NCBI GenBank assembly: GCA_965240325.2
Contig: OZ251250.1
Location: 682,001 to 746,000 of the forward strand
Origin: Rebecca billardiae RCC1528
Lineage: Eukaryota > Protista > Haptophyta
Length of the DNA stretch: 64,000 nucleotides
Direction of reading: 5' to 3'
Under the pieces are notes generated by a model. That model was not told where the DNA came from and did no database searches. It saw only the letters and a program-made list of their open reading frames with translations. Position 1 is the first letter of the stretch, and the number at the start of each line of letters is the position of its first letter. This document shows, one piece after another, positions 11,343-20,251 of this stretch. The translations under genes were made by a program, and so were the position numbers.

Positions 11343-12570
11343 GCCGGCTAGCTTGGCCGGCAAGGCGACCACGAACCTGGGTCGCGACTCGCGCCCGCCC
11401 GAAGGGTGCGCCCGCCAATGACACACGTGCCTGGCCTACCAGGGCGTGCGCCACAGCGCCAGCGGCCGACCGGACGATCACCTATTTTACGGCCAGGTCC
11501 GGTTGTCCCCTATAAACGTACGCCTGAGGCTTGTCCCCTACACCCCTGGCTCGGGGGCCGGCTGCCGTGGCGGTGGTGGGTGCGTGCTCGCCGAGCGTCC
11601 TAGCGGTCGATTGCGGGGCGTTCCGTGGCGGCACGCTGGGCTGGGCGGGCCCCAAGACGTAGGGGAACGTCGACAAAGCAGCCCGCTGATGTCTCTCGTC
11701 GCTCGTCGCCCTTGCGGTTGGCGCGCGCAACCACTTGCGGGCTTGACCTTGTGCGAGCGGTCACTTCCTGCCAGCCGACTCGACATTTGGGGAGCCTGGG
11801 CGCGATGAGATGGCTCGGGGAGGTGGGGGTATGTATGCACAATGTATACGTACACGCGGGCTGGACGTCCGACCCCGCACGCCGCCTGAAAGAGGTCACG
11901 TTTGGCACGCGCCGCGCTCTCGCATTTCAAACGCGTTGTGCCGCAAGACATTTCCAGAGGCACAGATCACTGATCGAACTGCTTTTCTGGTCGCCGATAG
12001 CACAGATCAGCCTACCTGACTAGCCCCATGCGTCACGGCCGGGTCTTGAGTGCTACGGCACCACTTGTAGGAGCTTCTTGCCCGCTAGGCACTGCCACAA
12101 GCGCCGCGAGCCAGCTTCGTGAGCATTTGAACGCAGACACAAGGTGCCGAGGCAGTCTTCCGGGCGAGGCAATGGCATGGGAGTCAGCGCCTGGTGTTGT
12201 ACAAGCAAGGTGACGGCGCGCACACGCGCGACTACGTGCCACAAGGTCTGCGATACCCGCGGGCCGCCACGCTCGCGCGCCCGTCGCTCCTCCAGCCGCC
12301 TTGGCGACGCAGCCCGGACTCACCGCGGCACTGGTCGTCGCCGCCCGGACAATGAGGGGGGGGGGGGGGACCTCGTTGACGAAACCCAGGGGTTTAGGAG
12401 ACAAGCCTGAGAGGCTGGCTCGGGGAAAATTTAAGGACCATCAAATTTGATATGGTCCTTTGCTCGGACCGGCTGGAGCCCGCGGGCAGCCGCGAGCCAC
12501 GGCAGTTATGATTCATCTGCGTACGCACGGGACTGGCGCTCATGACAGCCCCAAGCGACGAGTGGCATCC

Positions 12571-15500
12571 TCACGAGCTCGCGCGCTGCGAGTCGTCGAA
12601 GAAGAAGTTGTCCTTGGCGATGATCCCGCGGCGCACGTGCACGCCGACGGCGCACGCGCCCTCCGCGCCGCAGCGCGCGGCCTCGATGGCGCGCGCGCGC
12701 GCGACGACGCGCTCGTCGAGCGCAAACAGCCAACGCATCAGCGCGCGCAGGCCCGCCCCCGACCAGCCCACGTGCCGGCCGAACCAGCGGCGGTACAGCG
12801 GGTTGGCCGCGACGTGCAGCAGGTGCGGCGCGCCCGCGCTCGGGGGCAGCACGCACACGCGGCCGCACGCGCGCGGCACGTGCCGCGCGCACAGGCCCTG
12901 CTGGTGCTCGTGCCAGCTGACGCGCGAGCGCAGGCTCGTGCCGTTGAGCGCGGCGTGCACGGTGGCGCGCAGCGCGTCGGGCAGCGCGCGCACGTCCGCC
13001 GCGATCGGCAGCTGGAAACCGTCGAGCCACGAGCTGTCCAGCACGAGCGCGCGCCGCGTCGCCATCGCGAGCACCATGTACGCGAGGAGATTGGTCGCGC
13101 GGTTGCCAATGTTGTTGCAGTACGCGGTCGCGACCAGCAGGCCGCGCCCGCGCCCCCCGCGCTCGGCCGCGCCGGGCGCGCCCGCGCCCTCCTCGCCCAG
13201 CGCCCACGCGTGCGCGCGCCGCAGCTCTGTGGCGTGGAGCTCAGAGTAGCGCTTCAGCATGGCTGCCACCGCCGCGCGCTCGCGCTCTGCCAGCTGCTCG
13301 GCCGCGGCCAGCTCGGCGGCGTGCTCGGCGGCATCCGCGCGCGCGTCCGCGGCCGCGTCGTCCTCGTCGTCGGCGGCGTCGGCGTCGTCATGTGCGCCGG
13401 CCGGGGCGTCGTCCGCGCCGCCGGGAGGCGGGGCAGAGCCCACGCCACCTGCCGAGCCGGCGTCGGCGGCGGCGGCCGCGGCCGCCGCCAGGGCGTCGTC
13501 AGCGGCCACCTCCGCCCAGCCTTTGCCGGCGGCGAGCGCGCCGAGCGCCGCGGCGTCGGATGGGGCGGCTGCGTGGTCGCGGCTGGGCTGAGGCATGGCG
13601 TGGGCAAAGAGCGCGCCGCTCGCGTCGACACCGACCAGCATCTCCGGCGGTGCGCCCGGCGCGCCACCGCCAGCCCCACTGCCGCCGCCGGCCGCGCGCG
13701 CCGCCCCCGCGCCGGTGCGGTTTGCCGCGGCGCCTCGCGCCCGCGCCGCGTCGACGGCCGGCGGCGCGGTGAGGAGGCGGACTCGCGAGCTGAGGTACGG
13801 GTTGTATTCGCCGCCGAGCGCCATCAATGCGCTCACCATCTCGGGGCTCACGCAGGACACCTGTCCGAGCGCACCGAGCACTGACCAGCCTGAGACGCCA
13901 TGCGGCGGCATGCGGCGCGTCGTCGGCGCGTGGGAGGCGAAGGGGGAGGCGGAGGCGGCGCACGCGTCGTAGGCGCGCGTGTACACTGTGAACTGCCGCG
14001 CGGAGGGCGGCTGCATGCCCGCGGCGAGCGCGCTGAAGGTCGAGCCCGCTGTGCCCACGAGCACGCGTGTGCGGCTCAGCAGCGCGAGATCAAGCAGCGC
14101 CGCCTCCCACTGCGCCGTGTCTCCGATCTCCTCGTCATAGCCGTCGATGCGCACGCCCGCGCGGCGCGAGGCCGGCGGCGCGGCCGGTTGGCCGGCGGCG
14201 GGGTGCTCCTCCGCCTCCTCAGACGGCAGCCATTGCTCCTCCGCCTCCTCAGACGGCAGCCATGCTGCCAAGCCCCCCAGCTCCCGAATCCGGTGCACGA
14301 CATGCTCGCCGACAAGCTCGTTGTCTGTGCCCACAAACGCGACCACGGCGGCGTGGTCGGGCTCGTCGGGCTGCTGGTGGGTGCTCCCGCCGCCGCGCGC
14401 CCCATCCGCCGCAGCACCGCCCGAGCCATCGTCCTCCGCGCCCGGGGCGCGCGCGCCGTCCGCCACCGCGGCCGCCCGCGCGTCGCTCGGCGCATCGTCC
14501 GACGCCGCGCGCGCGGCCGCACGGACTGCGCACTGCGCGAAGAGCTCGAGCTGGGGGACGACGGCGTGGCGCTCGTTCATCTGCGAGCCCTCGGCGCGCC
14601 ACGCGAGCACCTGCTCGTCCGCCTCCGCGCGCCGCTTCAGCCGCCCCAGCGCCGCCTCGACCTCCGCCCAAATCTCCGGACGGTCCGGTGGCACCTGCTC
14701 AAGAGCGGTGCGCAGCTGAAGCACCGCGCCGCGCGCGCCCATCGTCGAGCGCGTCGCGCGCGCGGCGGTGCCGAGGTAGAAGCGCCACGGCTGCCCCGCG
14801 CGCACCCACGCCTGGCGCGCGTCGCGGTACAGCTTCGCCGTGTACTTGGACTGGAAGCCCGCGTGGGCGAACGCGGCGCTCAGCGCGCGCGCCGCCCACT
14901 CTGCCCCGTCAGGCTCGCGCTCGATCGAGATCGAAACTGCATGGAGCGCGGCGGCCCACGCGTCGGCGGAGGGCTCGTCGGTCGGCGGCCGCGGCGGGAT
15001 CAGCCCGATCGCCTGCTGCGCCGCGCGGCGCAGCTGCGGCGGCAGCTCCGACGGGTCGAACTCGAGCTGCGAGTCCAGCCAAGGGTCGCCGCTCCCGCCA
15101 AGTCGGCCAGCCCAGCCCCCGCCGCCCAGCCGTCCAGACCCGCCTGGGCCGGCCGGAGCGCGGCCGAGCGCGGCGGCGGCGGCGGTGGCGTCGCCGTCGC
15201 CGTCGCCGCCGTCGGTCCCGGATGGCGGGCACGCGGCGCTGAGCCTCGAGCCCACCGCGGCGCGCAGCGCCGACTCCGCCTCCGCCTCGCGGCGCCGCTC
15301 CGCGTCTGCCGACAGCATCTGCTCCGCATTTGTCTGCGCCACGCGCTCGCCCGTCGCGCCGGCGGCGAGCGCGAGCGCCGTGCGCTGCAGGAGCGCGGAG
15401 ATGTCGCGGAGCGTCTCCGCGGGCGCGAGCGCCGGGTCGGGCGCGCCCGGCCCGAGCGCGCGCGCGAGCGCCGGCTCGAGCGCCGGCGGGCAGCACGCGG

Positions 15501-15894
15501 CTGTCTCCATCGCCAGGAGCGCAAGGCGCGCCGCCGTCGCCAGAAGCCAGAGCCGCACCTCGGGGCCGCACACGCCGCTGGAGGTGTCGACGCCGGGCGT
15601 AGCGCAGCGCTCGAGCGCGCCCCACGCCGCGCTCGCGAGCTCCGCCTCGCCCTGCTTGTGCGGCTCGAGCCACGGCGTCGCGCGCGCGGCGCACGCGCGC
15701 GTGCGCTCGCGCACGGCGTGCAGGGCGGCGAGCTGCTCGTCGGGCGCACTTAGAACAATGGCTTCCGGCGCCTCGTGCGGCGCGGCTGGCGAGGCGGCGG
15801 AGGCCGTGGTGCGCGGGCCGAGAAGCCCCGGCGCGGCGCACAGCGCCAGCACCGCCGCCATCGCGCAGGACGCGCGGCCCGAAGAACACCCCAT
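12571..15894 (-). CDS. Secretory-pathway alpha-fucosyltransferase-like (GT11/GT23/GT37-type, GT-B fold) protein with helical N-terminal region
   Basis: N-terminal hydrophobic leader. Motifs AFVGTDN, ALLDLALLSRTRVLVGTAGSTFS, CNNIGNR..LLAYMVLAMATRRALVLD and VGVHVRRG. Confidence 0.7.
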   Translation of the reverse strand: MGCSSGRASCAMAAVLALCAAPGLLGPRTTASAASPAAPHEAPEAIVLSAPDEQLAALHAVRERTRACAARATPWLEPHKQGEAELASAAWGALERCATPGVDTSSGVCGPEVRLWLLATAARLALLAMETAACCPPALEPALARALGPGAPDPALAPAETLRDISALLQRTALALAAGATGERVAQTNAEQMLSADAERRREAEAESALRAAVGSRLSAACPPSGTDGGDGDGDATAAAAALGRAPAGPGGSGRLGGGGWAGRLGGSGDPWLDSQLEFDPSELPPQLRRAAQQAIGLIPPRPPTDEPSADAWAAALHAVSISIEREPDGAEWAARALSAAFAHAGFQSKYTAKLYRDARQAWVRAGQPWRFYLGTAARATRSTMGARGAVLQLRTALEQVPPDRPEIWAEVEAALGRLKRRAEADEQVLAWRAEGSQMNERHAVVPQLELFAQCAVRAAARAASDDAPSDARAAAVADGARAPGAEDDGSGGAAADGARGGGSTHQQPDEPDHAAVVAFVGTDNELVGEHVVHRIRELGGLAAWLPSEEAEEQWLPSEEAEEHPAAGQPAAPPASRRAGVRIDGYDEEIGDTAQWEAALLDLALLSRTRVLVGTAGSTFSALAAGMQPPSARQFTVYTRAYDACAASASPFASHAPTTRRMPPHGVSGWSVLGALGQVSCVSPEMVSALMALGGEYNPYLSSRVRLLTAPPAVDAARARGAAANRTGAGAARAAGGGSGAGGGAPGAPPEMLVGVDASGALFAHAMPQPSRDHAAAPSDAAALGALAAGKGWAEVAADDALAAAAAAAADAGSAGGVGSAPPPGGADDAPAGAHDDADAADDEDDAAADARADAAEHAAELAAAEQLAERERAAVAAMLKRYSELHATELRRAHAWALGEEGAGAPGAAERGGRGRGLLVATAYCNNIGNRATNLLAYMVLAMATRRALVLDSSWLDGFQLPIAADVRALPDALRATVHAALNGTSLRSRVSWHEHQQGLCARHVPRACGRVCVLPPSAGAPHLLHVAANPLYRRWFGRHVGWSGAGLRALMRWLFALDERVVARARAIEAARCGAEGACAVGVHVRRGIIAKDNFFFDDSQRASS

Positions 15895-16023
15895 GACGAC
15901 CACCCTGGCTGCGCACTGCTTGCGCGCGCACTCTCAACTCGCAGACTCGCTCGAGCAAGCTCCCGGATGCACAGGGCGCGGGCGAGAATCTGCGATTCTT
16001 TTCGACGCGCGGCCCCCGCAGCG

Positions 16024-17670
16024 ATGGTGGCGGCGCTCGTGCTGCTCGCGGCCGGCGCGGCGGCCTCGGCGGCGCGCGTTGCGGTGCTACGAGGCGGCCC
16101 GGCCCAGCTCGTGCCGTCCGCGCGCACCGCACTCGAGCGCCGCGGCCTCCGCGTCCTTGTCGGTGACGAAACTCCGCCGGACGGCGAGCAGCCGGCCGAG
16201 TACGCGTTCGTGGCCGCCAGCGGGATGTGGCGGTTGGCGCGCGCGGCGGACGGGGCGGACGGGCTCCCGCGCTGGGTGGGCGGCGAGTCCAGCTCGTACG
16301 AGATCGTCGCGCGCGACGCGGGCCTCGGCTTCCTCGACGTGCCCGCCTCCGAGCAGGCCAGCTACGTGGCGCCCGCAACGTCACAGCCTTATGATCGCGC
16401 GTGGGCGCGCGCGACTGCAAGCGCGCGCGGCGCGGAGGTGCGGGTGAGCCCGAGCGGGTACGCGCTCGGGCCGATGGGCGCGGAGGAGGTCCGCGCTGCA
16501 GCCGCCGGCCTCGACGACCTCGCGCGCGCCGTGCTCCTCGACGGGAGCACCGAGCCGCCGCGGCGCGGCGCCGGCTCGGGCGGCGCGGACGACGACGACA
16601 ACGACGACGACGACGCCAAGGCGTGCCTGCGGCGCACCGGCGTGTACCGCTGCGCGGTGGGCGGTCTGCCGCTCTTCCGCGCGGCGGAGCGCGTGCCCTC
16701 GAGCACCGGCTGGCCGAGCTTCGCCCGCCCCTTCGACGCCGCGCACCTGCTCGAGCGCGACGACGAGCGCGCCGGACTGCATCGGACTGAAGTGTTGTGC
16801 GCGCGCTCAGGCTGCCACCTCGGCCACGTTTTCCGCGAGCCTTCCGCGCCCGGACGCGGCCGGGCTGGCTCGGGGGAGTCCGGCGGCGCGAGCCCGCGGG
16901 GCGGCAGCGGGGCGTACTACTGCATCAACGAGGCGGCGCTGGTGTACGACCCGCACGAGCCGGCACTCGCCGAGCTCACGCTGGCCGCCGGCTGTTTCTG
17001 GGGGGCGCAGCACGCGCTGGCCAGTGTGGCCGGAGTCGTGGACGCGACGGCCGGGTTCGTCGGCGTCCGCGCCGGCGGTGGAGGCGGTGGCGAAGGGGGC
17101 GCGTGGGGCGCGGCGCTGCCCGCGCTGCGCGAGCCCGATGAGCCCGCCGAGGCCATCACGTACGATCGCGTGAGCTCCGGCCGCGCGCCGGGCTGGGTGG
17201 AGGCGGTGCGCGCGCGCTTCAACCCGGAGACGGTGTCGGCGCGCGCGCTGCTGGAGCTGGGCGCGCAGCTAATGGCGGAGGGCGAGCTGGCGCGCGCGCG
17301 GGGCGAGGGCGCGGCGCGGGGCGGCGTGGAGGGGCGCGCGGCGCAGCACGCTCTCGCCGTGGTCTGCGCCGATTGCGCGCAGCTCGAGGCGGCGCGCGAG
17401 GCCACCGCGCGCGCGCGGCGCTGGCTGGATGAGCAGCTGCCGCAGGCGGGCGCAGGCGGCAGCGCGCGCGCGCCCGGTCCGACACGCGGTCCGTCGCTAC
17501 CAGTGGCGCTGCTGCTGGCGGGCGACGGCGGTGCCGACGGCGCGTCGGGCGAGGGCCAGGCCGGAGGCGCCGTGCGGTTCGTGCCCGCCGAGCCCGCGCA
17601 GCAGATGTACCTGCAGAAGCGGGGCAAGGCCTTCGAGATGCGGCTGCTGGCGGCCATCCAACGCGGATGA
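16024..17670 (+). CDS. msrAB: Methionine sulfoxide reductase MsrB-MsrA fusion with N-terminal signal/targeting peptide
   Basis: MsrB motifs GVYRC, STGWPSF, RTEVLC, HLGHVF, YCIN are followed by MsrA motifs LAAGCFWG and AEPAQQMYLQK. Leader MVAALVLLAAGAAASA. Confidence 0.88.
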   Translation: MVAALVLLAAGAAASAARVAVLRGGPAQLVPSARTALERRGLRVLVGDETPPDGEQPAEYAFVAASGMWRLARAADGADGLPRWVGGESSSYEIVARDAGLGFLDVPASEQASYVAPATSQPYDRAWARATASARGAEVRVSPSGYALGPMGAEEVRAAAAGLDDLARAVLLDGSTEPPRRGAGSGGADDDDNDDDDAKACLRRTGVYRCAVGGLPLFRAAERVPSSTGWPSFARPFDAAHLLERDDERAGLHRTEVLCARSGCHLGHVFREPSAPGRGRAGSGESGGASPRGGSGAYYCINEAALVYDPHEPALAELTLAAGCFWGAQHALASVAGVVDATAGFVGVRAGGGGGGEGGAWGAALPALREPDEPAEAITYDRVSSGRAPGWVEAVRARFNPETVSARALLELGAQLMAEGELARARGEGAARGGVEGRAAQHALAVVCADCAQLEAAREATARARRWLDEQLPQAGAGGSARAPGPTRGPSLPVALLLAGDGGADGASGEGQAGGAVRFVPAEPAQQMYLQKRGKAFEMRLLAAIQRG

Positions 17671-18107
17671 CACTGCTGACTACACCGCAGCGATGCCAGC
17701 GAATAATGGTCGAACGGACAGTATTACGACTCGCGTGAATACGACTGATGACGAAGTGCGCCGCCCGCCCGGCGGCCGTCCGAACCGCTAAGAGTCAAAC
17801 GGCGGCGCCGCGTGCCCGTGGACAACTCGCGGGACCGAACTCATCAATATATGGACAACCGCGGGCCGCTGAGGCCGTCTTACGGACTGACTTACGTCTA
17901 GGACTAGGCCGAGCCGGTCAGCAGCTGCGCAAACGACCGATCGCGCGACGATCATCCGATGCGCATCAGGTATATATATACATATACGACGTATACGCGA
18001 CCGCGTGTAGTCAGCGGACTCACGCGGAGTGTCTGCGTGACCGACAGACGTGACCGACAGCAGTCACCGTGATGACCACGGGTGACTCGGAGTCCCAATG
18101 CGACGTA

Positions 18108-19936
18108 TCATGAGTAGTCGTCGGCAAAGGTGCGGCCGGCAGGGCAGCTCAGCTCCCTGAACTCCGGCTCGCCCACGCCCGCCTCGGCCGCGCGGATGTC
18201 GTCGGCGTCGACCACGCCGAACAGCCGGCGCAGCAGCCGCATCGTCACCTGCCGGTGCACCGCCGCCTCGAAGAGCTGCCCGTGCCCCTTGGCGAACTTC
18301 GAGTCGTCGGGCGCCACCTCCTGCACGACGCGCGCCGCGTCGAAGACCGCGGTGGGCGGCTGGGCGAACGCGGCGCCGCGCGAGACGGCGTCGGCGGGCG
18401 GCGCGGCGGCGCGCACGCCGCGCGGGGCCGTCATCCACAGCACGCACTGCGCGACGGCGGTCGCTGCCTCGCGCAGCGCGCCGTAGTCCACACGCGCGTA
18501 CGCCGGCGGCCGGCCGCCGAGCACAAGGACGGTCGGGTGCAGCCCGGCCACGACGCGCCTGAGCGCGTCCGGCCAAGCGTAGGTCCACTTCCAGCCGCGT
18601 GCGGCGCGCATGGTGCTGAGCGGCTTGCGCAGCCACTCGGCGCGCGCCGGGCCCTGCGCCTGCTCGCCGCTCAGGTGCCCCTCGATCGCCGGGTTCGCCA
18701 CCGGCATCAGGTGGAAGAAGGAAATATTCACGTCGCAGCGCGGCAGGTGGAAATAGCGGTTTTCCATAAAATGGGTCCACATGGGCCGCCACAGGTCGAA
18801 CGGCTTGCAGTTGCACCTGCGGCGCGCGGCGGCGGCGGCGGGGCGCGTCAGGTGGCGGCACGGCCGGGCCCCGGGCAGCGCAGGCCCACGCAGCCCGGCG
18901 GCGACGAGCGTCCGAGCAGAAGAGAATAACAAAGAAAAGAAAAAGAAAGGAAAAAGAAAAGCCGCACTACTGCGGCTAAAAAGGCATCAGCAGCGCCGTC
19001 GCTCCCAGCCGGCGCCGCGCAGGCGGCAGCTGCCCCGCGCGCGGCGCGGGCGTGCGCGAGCACAGCCGCACTCCCCGCGCCGCCGCCGCGCCGCGCGCAC
19101 CACTCCTCGGGCGCCAGCTCGTTGTGCAGCGCCAGCGCGTGCACGCCATACTCGGCGACGGCGGGTGCGACGAGCTTGGCCGGCTGGCGCGTCCAGTTGG
19201 CAAACGAGCCGAACTTGAGGGAGTAGACGAGGTCGAGGTACTGCGCGCGCGTGAAGAGGTCGCCCATGAAGACGAGCGACGTGCCGCGCGGCAGGCACGC
19301 GCACTCGAGCGGCCCGTCCAGGCCGCACACGCAGCACTTGCCGTCGAGGAGAGGGGGCATGGCAAGCGGCCCGCTGGCGGCCGCCGGGGAGTCCGGCGCG
19401 GCCGGGCCCGGCGCGGCGGTCGCCGCTGGGCGTGGGGCCACGCGGTTGACCCCGCCTGCCAGCTCCACGCCGCCCGCGCCCAGCGCGGAGCCCTTCCGCA
19501 GCCGGCCGGCGTACACGCCTCCCGCGTAGCACAGGCCGACGACGGCGGCGAGGACGACGATGTAGCCGACGGAGGGCCGCTCCTGCGGCGGCTCGGCAGC
19601 GTTGCGCGACTGCCGCACGCCGACCGGGCTGATGACCACCTGCTTCTCGTCGTCCTCCTCGTCGTCGTCATCGGCAATGGCGCGCATGCCGATCCCGGGA
19701 GGCGACGCCTGCTGTCCGCCCCTCGCGCGGGCGAGCCGGCTCCCGACGCCACTTTGCGGACTTGCCCGACTCAGTCCGGCTGCGCTCCCAACGGCAGCGG
19801 TTACAAGATGGGGCGAGCTGAATACTGTAGCTGATCGATGGGCGATGGCCGCGCCCTGTCCCTGGTGCCTGGCTGCCTTGGCTTCCTTGACAGGCGTAGT
19901 CGTCGATCGCCCGATACCGTGCGCTAGTGATGGCAT
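18108..19936 (-). CDS. Type II membrane protein with SGNH/PC-esterase-like domain (2 exons; intron 18817-19100)
   Basis: Single TM (GYIVVLAAVVGLCYAGGVYAG), then CLPRGTSLVFMGDLFTRAQYLDLV, similar to 'l.fvGDS.tR.qy..L'. Splicing gives EEW/CNCKPF in frame. Start codon uncertain. Confidence 0.55.
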
Positions 19937-20251
19937 CAGTGTGCGGCGCTTTGGATTGATCGGTTGGCGGGCCCGCCGCGGAGCGGGCGAACGGAGTTCC
20001 GCGGCCGGCAGAGACAGACGGAGTGCCGTGCGGTCCGCGGGTCCGGGCGGCCCCCGCGCAGTCCCGACGCGGACGCGGTCCGCGTCGTGTAATCCGGTCG
20101 ATGTCATCATCGTCATCACTACATCAGCAGCATCAAACGCCCAGCATGAGGCATGAGTCATGAGTCATGTATTCATCAGTCGTCGCAGTTCGGTAACTCC
20201 GCGACGCGGACAGGATGACGATGGCAGCGCGCACGGCGACACTCTCTCGAT

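Noticed and set aside
12356-12369. G14 run; also (GCTCC)n at 42751-42786 and in-frame duplications at ~14205-14262 and ~47240-47370
   Set aside because: Ordinary low-complexity or slippage repeats.
16915-16930. Selenocysteine MsrB
   Set aside because: The catalytic codon is TGC (Cys); there is no in-frame TGA.
17740-17770. Hammerhead ribozyme core (CTGATGA)
   Set aside because: No GAAA partner with supporting stems.
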